Below are positions 1 to 10,524 of a stretch of DNA of 20,000 nt, one piece after another. The DNA is taken from NCBI RefSeq assembly GCF_004010195.1, contig NC_057720.1, forward strand, positions 13,330,186 through 13,350,185, read 5' to 3'. How positions within the stretch are numbered: the stretch's first letter is position 1; each line of letters starts with the position of its first letter. The position numbers were made by a program, and so were the translations under genes. The notes below the pieces were generated by a model that worked only from the letters and a program-made list of their open reading frames with translations, was not told the origin of the DNA and did no database searches. Origin of the DNA: Chiloscyllium plagiosum. Its lineage: Eukaryota.

Positions 1-169
1 TGAGGTCTGACTTATGTAATTTTCACAAAACTCTGCTATTTTTGCACCTATTACCTTTGAAATAATGTTGCCTATCATTTGCTTTCCTTATTACCTGCAG
101 AAATTGGACGTTAGCTTTTTGTGCACAAGGAGATCCAAACACCTCTGAGCTGCAGCTTTCTGTAATCTT

Positions 170-835
170 TCCCCGTTTAAATAATCTTCAGCTGTTCTAT
201 TCGTCCTGTCAAAGTGCATCACCTCACATTTTATCATATTTTATTTCATCTGCCATGCTTATGCACACTCACTTGACCTGTCTAAATCCCTCTGCAGCAT
301 CTTTATGTCAGCCACACTATTTGCTTTCCTAGTTATTTTTGTGTCATCTGCGAACTTGACCATAGTACATACACTTCTGTCATCAAGTCGTTAACATATA
401 TTGCAAGTAACTGTAGCTCCAGAAACACTCCCTGTGGCACTTCACCAGTTAAAGGTTGCCATCCTGAAAAATCTCTCTCGATTCCAGTTGTCTGTCTTCT
501 ATTGGTTAGCGAATCCTTTCGGTAATATCAAACTCTTAACACAATGGGGTATTCATGTGTTTCCTTGTGTGTGGTGCCTATACCTTTATTGCATATTTCT
601 AAATGCTTTCCAATACATCCTTTGTCACATTATTCCAATGATAAATTCTAAGCTAACAGGCTTCCGGCTACCTGTTTATCTCCTTCTTTATTCTGAGTAA
701 TTGGCAGTTTTGTACTCCTCTGGGATTTTTCCCTAATCCAAGGATTTCTGGAACAGTGGATCCACTATTTCCATTGCTACTGCCTTTGAAATCCTAGGGT
801 GCATCACCTCAGATCTAGATGATTCATTGACCTTT
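170..835 (-). mobile_element. Old CR1 LINE ORF2 (reverse transcriptase) fragment, degenerate and internally deleted
   Basis: Minus-strand hand translation of ~210-450 gives TGEVPQGVFLELQLLAIYVNDL...VKFADDTK...LQRDLDR...WQMK*N.IKCEVMHF, the CR1 RT core including FADD. Region ~640-835 resembles the upstream HPR/EIVDPL segment. Boundaries are approximate. Confidence 0.85.
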
Positions 836-1211
836 GATTCCCAACAAGTGCCCAAAAAGTCTGGATCATTTTTGTGAAAGCGCTGGTTGCCGTTGGGCCT
901 GCCAAACTGGAAAAGAATTTGCAGGAACCCACGGGGGAGCAGAGGATTACTCCCCAGTCGATAATAAAAATATATGATGAGAATTGAGTGAGAGCTTCAA
1001 ACTTAGTAACAGCTGCAACACCTGAGCTCCCAGGGAAACGTTGCTTGGTTTGCTCCTCTGGCTCTCTAGCCGCTGCTGCCAGTTGCTTGAGATTTATTTA
1101 CACAGGTTAAGAAGTTTCAAGTGCTTACAGTTTCTGCTGTTGATACTTTACAGGGTCTGGCATGTTGACACTTCATTGCCTTTAGGACAATTACTTTTTA
1201 AAAGCAAAATA

Positions 1212-1562
1212 CGGTAGCTCCTCGACATACGAACGACTCCTTCATGAACAACTCGGTTTATGAACAGGATTGTATGTAAAAATTTGCTTCAACCTACGTA
1301 TGAAATTCAAGGTACGAACGCAAAAAGCCTGTGTACGACCACATGGTTTCATTGTTCTATTTTGCTACGCGCTTGTTGAACGCAAAAGCTCTCGGGCCCC
1401 GTGTGATCTCATTCAGTTCGTCTTTGGCACGTGCACTGTGAACAGCCGTCCAAGCATTCTTACACTATCTGATCAATGGGAAAAATCGACTCAGTTTGCG
1501 AACTTTTCGGTCCGCGAACCGGGTCCCGGAACGGATTACGTTCGTAAGTCGAGGCGCTACTG
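1212..1562. mobile_element. Tc1/mariner-superfamily (Tigger/pogo-like) non-autonomous DNA transposon (MITE), 351 bp
   Basis: 24-bp terminal inverted repeats: 1212-1235 cggtagctcctcgacatacgaacg versus reverse complement of 1539-1562 cagtagcgcctcgacttacgaacg (3 mismatches). Flanked by TA at 1210-1211 and 1563-1564. No transposase ORF. Confidence 0.9.
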
Positions 1563-2294
1563 TATATGGTTTTTTTGCCTAACTCCTGCTATCACTGTAA
1601 GTTCATTGATTCTATACATACGTAGTCAGTCATCGGGCAGGGAAGTACCATAGTTTGGTATAACGTGAATGAGGGGTAATAGGAGTGTGGGTGGAGTGGC
1701 ATTGATCAGTGTATTGGGTATGAAAGGATCTTTGGGACTCACTTTTCAAAAGGTTCATTCCTGCAGACACCTCATGACACCTCTGAGGACCAGGACCAGG
1801 ACCCACAACTCTTCGAAATGTTGACCTGACTCCAGAAAAACCACAGAATCATGGCCCAGCTAATCTTCATGATTGGGCTGACCAGGTCAGGGGTGCCACG
1901 GTTTATGACCCGAACCAGCCCACACCCTTTTAAGACAATTGCCACAGATTGGAAATCCCGGGGATAGTGTAGGGATCATTGATTTGGGACACAACCACCA
2001 TTTTTAAAGGGCTGCCCAATCAAAGTGAGTCAAAGAAAATCCAGGCCACAATCACCATCGGAGTGGAGGAAGGTATTGAAAGTCAAATCTCACATTGGGT
2101 CCAACTCATCTTCATCAAGTATTAACCATATTTTTCTGATTGGTAAAGGTGTCTCCATGGAGAATGCCCCAGTTAATGCTGATTGACAGTTAACTGCTGA
2201 CCTTTGTTTAGTTTTGGTCAGGGTTAGGCAAGAAATGGGAGGTTGCATCTGGGAAAGACTAAACAAACAGGTACTGTTGTTCCTTCATAAGAAG

Positions 2295-2581
2295 GTACTG
2301 CTGCCTCACAGCACCAGGGACCTGGGTTTAATTCCAGCCTTGGGCATCTGTCTGTGTGGAGTTTAAACATTCTTTCCGTGTCTGCGTGGGTTTGCTCCCA
2401 GTGCTCTGGTTTCCTCCCACAGTCCAAAGCTGTGTAGGTTAGGCAGATTGCCCATAGTGTTCAAGGGTGTGCAGGCTAGGTGGGATGTACAGGGGTAGGG
2501 GGATGGGTCTGGGTGGGATGCTATTCAGTGTGGACCTGTTGGGCCAAATGGCCTGTTTCCACACCATTGGGATTCTATGAT
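2295..2581 (+). mobile_element. tRNA-derived V-SINE (HE1-like), 5'-truncated
   Basis: Degenerate B box ggtttaattcc, V-domain-like core tgtgtggagttt...gtgtctgcgtgggtttgctcccagtgctctggtttcctcccacagtccaaag, and a CR1-type 3' tail gggccaaatggcctgtttccacac...gattctatga. Family name is from recognition. Confidence 0.85.
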
Positions 2582-2705
2582 AGAGGCTGCAGGGTGGCCT
2601 AGTAGAGATCCTTAAAAGCATGAATGTGTTTGACAAAGTAGACTAGAAGAAGCTTCCACTTTTTGGAAAGTCCAAGATCTAAGTATTAGACATTCACAAA
2701 CAAAA

Positions 2706-2905
2706 TCGAAAATGTGTTGCTGGAAAAGCGCAGCAGGTCAGGCAGCATCCAAGGAGCAGGAGAATCGACGTTTCGGGCATGAGCCCTGGGCTCATGCCCG
2801 AAACGTCGATTCTCCTGCTCCTTGGATGCTGCCTGACCTGCTGCATTTTTCCAGCAGCATATTTTCAGCTCTGATCTCCAGCATCTGCAATCCTCACTTT
2901 CTCCT
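2706..2905. mobile_element. Fold-back Penelope-like element fragment with 14-bp target-site duplication
   Basis: Arms 2708-2786 and 2788-2866 are 79-bp inverted repeats (inner 57 bp perfect, 4 mismatches overall) around one T at 2787. Unpaired tail 2867-2905. attcacaaacaaaa is duplicated at 2692-2705 and 2906-2919. Each arm carries a hammerhead half, GGGC-TCAT-GCCC-GAAACGTC. Confidence 0.85.
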
Positions 2906-3439
2906 ATTCACAAACAAAAGCCAATAAGGAGTGAAGGCATTCACTAACTTCCAGGGAGAATTAGCTTTGCTGAGGAGCAATGGATGGTGTTCAAAGAAGC
3001 AGTTTGTGACCGTGAGAAGGAGAAGCTACGAACATCTAAAAGGAGCTAAGGAACAGCCTAAAATTAAAACAAAGGGCTTATAAAAATGCAAAGAACAGTG
3101 TTGATTCCACAGAATAAAGACCAACAAAGGGCCACAAAGCAACTTATAGAAGCCGCTAAAAAAAGGGTTATGAAAGGAAACATGCAAGAGACATATAAGA
3201 CAATAAGAGATATTAGATTTAAATAAAGAGAAAGTGGCTGGTTATGAGTAACATTGTCCCTCCACAGATGCTGCGAGACTTGTTGTGTATTTCCATTATC
3301 TGATTTTATATAAATTACTTCTATCTTACTTACCGGATTCTTTCTTCTGGATTTCAGTTTGATTGTGTCCACCATTTAAGATAAGTTTTCTCCTTTCTTT
3401 GCTAATCTTTTTGTAAACATTATATCTTGAAGACTATTG

Positions 3440-4486
3440 GATGGGTTCCAATGAAATAACGGGTCTTTTTCTGAGTGCAAACAATAACTAGTGAGGTACC
3501 ACAGAGATCAGTACTTGGACCCGAGCTTTTCACAATATACATTAATGATTTAGAGCTAAATATAATAGCTCCAAGTTGCAGAAGACACAAAGCTGGGTCA
3601 GAAAGTAAACTGTGAGGAGAATTCAAAGATAATTTTGTGTGATTTGGACAAGTTGAGTGAGTGGGCAAGTACATGGCAAATGCAGTATAATGTGGGTAAA
3701 TGTGAGGTTATCCACAAAAACAGGCAGGCAGTTTTATATCTGAATGGCAATAGACTAGGAAATGGGGAGATGCAATGAAACATTGGTTTCCTTGTACATT
3801 AATCACTGAAAGTAAGCATTACAGGTGCAGCAGGCAGTAAAGAAGGCAAGTGGTATGTTGGTCGTCATAGCGAGAGGATTCGAGTACAGGAGCAGGGATG
3901 TTTGCTGCAACTGTACAAGGACTTAGTAAGACCACACTTGGGGTATTGTGTGTAGTTTTGGTCTCCTTATCTGAGGAAAGATGTTCTGGCCGTGGAGGGA
4001 CTGCATTAGATGTTTGCCAGAGTGATGCCCGGGATGGCAGGACTGATGTATGAAGAGAGATTGGATCAATTAAGATTATATTCATGATAAAAGAAAGAAG
4101 GGGGATCTCATAGACACCTATAAAATTCTAACAGGACAGGATAGGGTAAATGCAGGAAGAATGTTTCAAAAGAACTGGAGAGTCCAGAATCAGGGGTCAC
4201 AATTTAAAGGATACAGTCTAGATCATTTAGGACTGAGGTAAGGAGACATTTCTTCACCCAGAGAGAGATGAGCCTGTGGAATTCTCTGCTACAGAGAGCA
4301 GCTGAGGGCAAAACATTGAATGTATTCAAGAAAGAGTTAGATATGGGGTAAAGGGCTTAGAGGGTATGGAGCGGAAGTGGGGACAAGGGGACTGAATTGA
4401 ATGATCAACCATGATCATATTGAGTAGAGGAGCAGGCTCGAAGGGCTGAAAGGCCTCCTTATGTTCCTATTTTCTATGTTTCTATG
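3440..4486 (+). mobile_element. CR1 LINE 3' portion (RT C-terminal half, 3' UTR and microsatellite tail), degenerate
   Basis: Translates as TSEVPQRSVLGPELFTIYINDL...WQMQYNVGKCEVIH...YKDLVRPHLGYCV*FWSPYLRKDVLAVE, with stops and frameshifts. Ends in ttctatgtttctatg at 4486. Region ~3066-3255 is probably an upstream piece of the same element. Confidence 0.9.
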
Positions 4487-6136
4487 AAATTTCGTACAGA
4501 GATAGGACATGACCTAGGGAATAAGTGATTTATTTTTGGCATAGATACAGTTTTGAATCCTTGAAATTAATAAAGGGTCTGTCTATATTGATGATAGGGG
4601 AGTTGACTATTTTATTAGAATGTTGTGAGTTGTTTCAAATGTTGTTGGTCAATTGTTTTTAAATCGTTGTGCATTGTGCCTCAGCTGCTGTGATGGAATT
4701 TGTTGTAGCTGTCAAAATGTGAACAGAGTTTTCAGAGCAGGTTGTTGAAAATGTATTGACTGAAACTTCCTCAGTGAGGTAGGGCTGTCCTTAATAAAAC
4801 AGCTTATTTTTTTCATCTTTCTAAAAGAGCATGAAGCAGGCAGGGAAAATGCTCAAGGACAGTCAACATAGTTGTAATCACTTTGAGTTAACTCACTGCA
4901 GAGTCATGTGCTTATACTAAAAGCCGTTTCACTTATATTTGAAGTTCAATTTCTCTGCCTGCTATATTCTCATCCAAATCATTTATACAGTGCAGGTCAT
5001 AGGCCTCCAGTCTGAACAATAACCCTCTACCATCAATCGCTGGCTAACAGGAACATGCTGGTCCTGATGGTATGTCACTTTTGAAAGCCTCCCACTTGCC
5101 AGATGTCAAGCCAATTTTATATCCAATTGGCTAGCTCTTCCAGGATCCCATGTGATCTAGCCTTATTAACCAGTCTATCATGCAGAACCTTGTCAAAAGC
5201 TTTGCTCAAGTCCATGTAAACAATATCAACCACTCTGCCCGCATCTATGTTCTTGGTCACTTCTTCAAAAAAGCTCAATCAAATTTGTGAGACATGATTT
5301 CCCACGCACAAAGCCATGTTAACGATTCCTAATCAGTTCTTGCTTTTACAAACACATCTAGATCCTGTCTCCCAGAATCCGCTAAAACAACTTACCCACC
5401 ACTGATGTCAGGCTCACTAGCCTGACATTCCCTGGCACTTCTTTCCTGCCTTTTTAAATAATGACACAAAATTAGCCCCCTTCTGGTTTTCCAGCTCCTC
5501 ACCCGTGGCTGTTGATGATACAAATATCTCCACTTGGTGCTCCGCAATTGTTTCCCTAGCATCCCACAATGTCCTGGGTTACATTTGATATCTTCTTTTT
5601 TGTCCTCCTGATTTCCATATTAAGTATGCTTCTACAACCCCTGTACTCCTCAAGGGTTCACTTGATCCCAGCTTCTATACCTGACATATGCATCCTTCTT
5701 CTTGACCAGGACTTCAATATCCCTGGTCTTCCAGTGTTCCCTACTCCTGCCAACCTTGTCATTCACACTAACAGGAACATGCTGGTCCTGATGGTATGCC
5801 AATTTTGAAAGCCTCCCACATGCCAGATGTCCCTTTTCCTGCGATCAGCCAACCTCAATCCACTTTTGAAAGTTCCTGTCTAATTTTGTCAATGTTGGCC
5901 CTGCCCCAATTTAGAACTTTAAAATGTGGACCATGTTAAAGCTAACAGAATTATGGTCACTGGTCCCAAAGTGTTCTCTCACTGAAACCTCAATCACTTG
6001 CCCTGCCTTTTTCCCAATAGGAGGTCGCTGTCTTCTCACGACTGCTTAGGATCCCATCCCTTGCCAGTTTAAATCCTCCTGAATAGCTCTCCCATGTCTC
6101 CTCCTTCAGTTCAGGTGCAACCCGTCCCTCTTGTCC

Positions 6137-6297
6137 CTCATCTTCTACCTTGGGACCCTCCAACCACACTGCATCAATGTTGACTTCACCAGTTTCCTCA
6201 TCTCCCCCCACTTCATCCCAGATCCAACTCTCTAATGCGCCTGCTCCTCAGATGCTGCCTGACCTGTTGTGCTTTTCCAGCGCCACACTTTTCGACT
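6137..6297 (+). mobile_element. Penelope-like element 3' fragment (end of GIY-YIG ORF plus terminal sequence), hammerhead region deleted
   Basis: From 6137 it translates LIFYLGTLQPHCINVDFTSFLIS, like the LxTLxPxGxN C-terminus of PLE GIY-YIG endonucleases. It is followed by cctgctcctcagatgctgcctgacctgttgtgcttttccagc, shared with the elements at 2706 and 8004. Confidence 0.75.
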
Positions 6298-6902
6298 CAT
6301 TTCTGCCCCAGAAGAGATTCCAATGATCCAAATCTTTGAATCCCTCCCAGCCGCACCAGCTCCTCAGCCACACATTCATCAGCCTTCTTCTATTGCTATT
6401 CTCACTAGGACACGGGGCACTGGGACTAATCCAGAAATTATAACCTGTGAGGTCTTGCTTTACCTGCCTAACTCCTCATCCCTTTTCCTATCGATGTCAT
6501 TGGTAGCAATTTGCACAGCCACCTCCAATTGTTCACGTTTCCCTTTGAGAATTTGTTGCAACTGCTCCGCGATGTCCTTGACCCCAGCACCAGCAGGCAT
6601 CACGACATCCTGGACTCTCGCTCACGACCGCAGAAATATCTGCCCATGCCCGTGACTAGGGAGTCCCCGATTACAATTGCTCGCTTAGACTTTGTCCTCC
6701 CTTACTTTACAGCAGAGACAGAGGTGCTGCCACAGACCTGGTGGTTGCTGCTGTTTTCCCCTCAGAGGCTATCCACAACTGTATCCAAAACAGTATTCGT
6801 GTCTGAGAGGGGGTTGGTCATAGGAGACTCTTGCACTATCTGCCTACCTCTCCTGGCAGGCAAACAGGAGGCTGGATGGACACAGTAAGCCAGGCAGCAT
6901 CA

Positions 6903-7435
6903 ATAAACAATAGGTGCAGGAGTAGGCCATTCTGCCCTTCGAGCCAGCACCACCATTCATTATGATCATGGCTGATCATCCTCAATCAGTATCCTGTTCC
7001 TGCCTTATCCCCATAACCCTTGATTCCACTATCCTTAAGAGCTCTATCCAGTTCTTTCTTGAAAGTATCCAGAGACTTGGCCTCCACTGCCTTCTGGGGC
7101 AGAGCATTCCATACACCCACCACTCTCTGGGTGAAGCTGTTTCTCCTCAACACTGTTCTAAGTGGCCTACCCCTTATTTTTAAACTGTATCCTCTGGTTT
7201 GGGACTCACCCNNNNNNNNNNNNNNNNNNNNNNNNNNNNNNNNNNNNNNNNNNNNNNNNNNNNNNNNNNNNNNNNNNNNNNNNNNNNNNNNNNNNNNNNN
7301 NNNNNNNNNNNNNNNNNNNNNNNNNNNNNNNNNNNNNNAACTCTGTTCTAAGTGGCCTACCCCTTATTTTTAAACTGTATCCTCTGGTTTGGGACTCACC
7401 CATCAGCGGAAACATGCTTCCTGCCTCCAGAGTGT
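6903..7435 (-). mobile_element. Young-looking CR1 LINE 3' end spanning an assembly gap
   Basis: Minus-strand ORF piece DTLEAGSMFPLMGESQTRGYSLKIRG, typical of the CR1 ORF2 C-terminus. 3' UTR ends gctggctcgaagggcagaatggcctactcctgcacctattgtttatt. Confidence 0.9.
7212..7338. other. Assembly gap (127 N) with duplicated flanks
   Basis: N run; 7153-7211 is identical to 7343-7401 (59 bp). Confidence 0.95.
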
Positions 7436-8003
7436 CAGGAGGTGTAGAAGTCAATACTTCAGGTATAACCCGTCTTCAGGGGTAGGGAGAGCTGCAGATA
7501 AAGAGGGGGAGGAGGGTTATGGAGGGGAGGGGGACGGAGTGGTGAGGTAGTGACGGGTGAACCCAGGTAGTGGGTATGACCTGATTGGTCGATAGGAGGG
7601 ATGAATCCTCTCCTGGCAATCATCCTTCTGCCTGACTGTACCTGTAGTGAGACCCCCACCCCCAAGTCAATTCCTAACACACTCTGGCCACCCCCATGCC
7701 CCCACACCCGTATCTGCTCCTCAGTGTGTCCACACTGCTGCTCCAACCATGCAGCCTGAGAGGATCTGCAGCCAGACACTCTTCCTGCAGACATCATGGC
7801 AAAGCTTTTCCTCAAATTCCCCCTAAACCTGCTGCCTTTCACTTGAGAATTATGACCTCCTTACTATTGCGCCTTCGAATAAGGGAACATCTGCTTTCCA
7901 TTCACACTGTCCATGCCCCCATTACCTTACACGCAGTATCTTGACAGTTTGTATTTCTCAGGTGATCCAACCCCAGTCTTGGGTAAGTATGGTTGGTGTG
8001 GTT

Positions 8004-8178
8004 CCAGATTAGAGTGGTGCTAGCAGGTCAGGCAGCATTAGGAATCCTGATGATGGGCTTTTGCCCAAAACATCGATTTTCCTGCTCCATGGATGCTGCC
8101 TGACCTGCTGTGCTTTTCCAGCACCACTCTAATCGAGACTCTAATCTCCATCATCCGCAGTACCCACTTCTGCCTGCC
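8004..8178 (+). mobile_element. Fold-back Penelope-like element fragment with 14-bp target-site duplication (1 mismatch)
   Basis: 8007-8038 is an internally deleted inverted copy of 8093-8134. tggttggtgtggtt (7990-8003) matches tgattggtgtggtt (8179-8192). Hammerhead motif at 8041-8080. Confidence 0.8.
8041..8080 (+). ncRNA. Minimal type I hammerhead ribozyme motif, inactivated
   Basis: Stem I AATC/GATT, CTGATGA at 8047-8053, extra T, stem II GGGC-TTTT-GCCC, then AAAACATC where the copy at 2800-2807 has GAAACGTC (G>A at 8067 and 8072, both in CpG context). Confidence 0.75.
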
Positions 8179-8440
8179 TGATTGGTGTGGTTGTTTTGTG
8201 TAATATACAAGTGTGCAACATTCGGCACATACCACTGAATGAGCAGATGAACAAACCCACAATTGTGTAATTTAACACAGGCTGAGCTTTCAAAGGAGAA
8301 ACTGGCTACTTACCCTGACTAGTGTAAGCTAGCTCCATACAAACCTTACCAACATTATCTCCTGTACTTTCTCTCACACGTTTACCTAGCTCCCATGTGA
8401 ATGTATCTTTGCTACTCACTTGAACTGCTCCCGATGGTAG

Positions 8441-9034
8441 TGTCACAAAGCTGGTTCGTTTTTCTAAAAGCTGTTCCTTTTCTCAAGGATATTGTGTCCT
8501 TGGTTTTTTTTCAGAGGGGTCATAAAACAGACCGGGCTCCGAAACGGCTGGGTTAGTACAGAGATGAAAAGGGTATGAGGAGCTTTTATGTTTTAGAAGT
8601 GACCTGTATAATGAATGGTAAGTGGCCAGTCCTAAAAGCTGAAGTCTTATTTGAATCAGTTCAGCAGTGGGCTGTGTGGAAACAGACTGCTAAACTCTCT
8701 CTGCTTCCACCTTTCTAACTTTGCCCTGTAAGCCACGGTTTCATTTTTACTCTGTGTTTAAGGGGTTTGTTTATTGGGACTTCTGTGTATTTTCGGACCA
8801 GTATCATTAAGTCTAGTTTGGAGAGACTGAGTTCTGTGGGTATTCTATATTCTCTTCCTTGTGTTTCATTCTGTAACTCTGTGAATAAATTTTTGTCTGT
8901 TTTTAAACCTGATAGTCAACCTTGCTAACTTACTCCGGGTAATTTTCCCTGTATATTTACCGAAGCAAATTGCAAAATTATGGTCCAGGCTGACTGCTTA
9001 AGAATGTTTGAGTGCTCTGGCCTAGTCCATAACA
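8441..9034 (+). mobile_element. Solo LTR (594 bp), probably Gypsy-type or ERV, inserted in an old CR1 fragment
   Basis: Begins TGTCAC and ends ATAACA (TGT...ACA). 4-bp flanks gtag (8437-8440) and gcag (9035-9038). AATAAA at 8884-8889. The flanks rejoin as a minus-strand CR1 3' sequence (ctcacttgaactgctcccgatggtag|tgaattgtaaattctagccact). Confidence 0.8.
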
Positions 9035-9109
9035 GCAGTGAATTGTAAATTCTAGCCACTATTTATGAAAGAGTTGTCTCTTGAATTCTGCATTGGAATC
9101 ATTTGTGAG

Positions 9110-9630
9110 TATTAGGTTATGGGCCAAGTCTTTGGAAAATAGGATTAGAATAGTGAGGTGATTGTTTTTGATTGGCATAGCCTTGATGGGCTGAAGGGCC
9201 TGTTTCTACCTGTAGATGTCTATGGCATGTCTATGAGGAGGTTCACAAGAATGGTCCCAGGAATGAAATATTTAACATATGAGGAACATTTGAGGAGTCT
9301 GGGTGTATACTCAATGGAGTTCAGAAGGATAAGTGGAGATCTAATTGAAACTTACAGAATACTGAATGGCCTGGATAGAATGGAGAGACTAAGACCCGAG
9401 GGCACAGCCCTAGAGTAAAGGGAAGACCTTTTAGAATGGAGATAAGGAGAAACTTCTTCAGTCAGAGAGTGGGGAATCTATGGAATTAACTGCCACAGGA
9501 GGTTGGGGAGGCCAGGTCATTGAGTATATTTAAGGCTGAGATAGATAGGTTATTGAGTATCGTGGGGATCAAGGGTTACAGGGAGAAAGGGGGAGAATGG
9601 GGTTGAGAAACTTATCACTCCTGATTGAAT
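9110..9630 (+). mobile_element. Two adjacent CR1 3' fragments (old tail ~9110-9235, larger piece ~9233-9630)
   Basis: RRFTRMVPGMKYLTYEEHLRSLGVYSMEFRRISGDLIETYRILNGLDR is the CR1 ORF2 C-terminus. Two 3' UTR motifs: gggctgaagggcctgtttc and ggactgaatggcctaatttctgttcctatg. Confidence 0.85.
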
Positions 9631-10524
9631 GGCAGAGCAGACTTGAAGGACTGAATGGCCTAATTTCTGTTCCTATGTCTTCTGGACTCTAAAGTTTTAT
9701 ACTTATGGGCTCTAGTTTAGATCTGTGTCTACATTTTCTCCACTCCTATCCTATCAAATTCTTTTACTATTTCACAGCGCCCTTACGAGTGACTTGTCTG
9801 CCTTTCCTTATTCCCCAGCCTATCAGTCCTTCCTGATGGTTTAACCTCTCCATTCTGATTTCAATCTTTGTCAATGTTTTGTGAATCTTCCTCAGCACTG
9901 CAATATCCTTTTAATATCGCATGTGAGTAAGCAATAAAATAAATGATATTTAATTGACAAATGACAGAAGGAGCTTAGTTTAATGCAAGAGAAGACGTTT
10001 GAAAAAGTATTTTTATGAACATTTGTGTGTTCATAAGCCCTGTGTATCGCAACATATTATGAATCTTTGAATTGAAGTATTCTATAAAGAGTCCTTGAAC
10101 AGCATAAAAGCCGATCAGTGGATGCCGTTATCACTAAATTAATGCTATAGAGCTTGACAATTATAATTTGTTCATTAAAATGACAGCAGTGCACCATAAT
10201 CCATTTAGACAAAAGCTTATTTGGAAACATCTTCAGGAGCTCTTTAATTCCAAGTGATCAGCTGACTTTGAAGATGCACCAGGTGTTCACCTTCAGGAAT
10301 GCACTTTGGGTAAACAGAATTTATCAGCCAGGCTAAAACTGACTTGCTTCCTTTTGGCCCAGATCAACGCAAAATAGGACTTGAACGTAGGTTCTGTACA
10401 GAGTACAAAATCAAACACTTAATTTATTAGCTGCATTGGATAATTCTAGACAACACAGACACCAAAATGCTGTCTGATCATTTGGTGTTTTAGTATCCTG
10501 CGTCCGACAGCCAACAACTGACTT

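Larger units (their letters stand above)
6859..7606 (-). mobile_element. Penelope-like element terminal fragment with 12-bp target-site duplication, split by a CR1 insertion
   Basis: cctctcctggca is duplicated at 6847-6858 and 7607-7618. 6859-6902 and 7436-7606 join into one sequence whose reverse complement matches the element at 19111 onward. Decayed hammerhead CTGAAGA-C-GGGT-TAT-ACCT-GAAG on the minus strand at ~7449-7479. Confidence 0.8.
4925..7800 (-). mobile_element. Long, internally deleted CR1 LINE relic (ORF1 esterase, endonuclease/RT pieces) hosting nested insertions
   Basis: Minus strand ~5140-5450 shows RT N-terminal motifs (DVIYMDLSKAFDKVLHDRL). 6660-6683 gives RAIVIGDS, the GDSL/SGNH esterase motif of CR1 ORF1. 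~7760-7796 gives HDVCRKSVWLQIL, resembling the ORF1 N-terminal region. Interrupted at 6137-6297 and 6859-7606. Confidence 0.8.

Noticed and set aside
1270..1653. 127-aa ORF as a transposase
   Set aside because: No HTH or DDE-like motifs, and it runs past the MITE's right terminal repeat.
1700..2210. Unassigned stretch, possibly an old repeat
   Set aside because: I could not find termini, a duplication or a convincing translation, so no call was made.
4735..4778. Possible small exon (ttttcag|...gtgag|gtaggg, EQVVENVLTETSSV)
   Set aside because: Weak pyrimidine tract and donor, with no other support.
7153..7401. 59-bp direct repeat either side of the N run
   Set aside because: Most likely overlapping contig ends left unmerged; the CR1 sequence is continuous when the two copies are collapsed.
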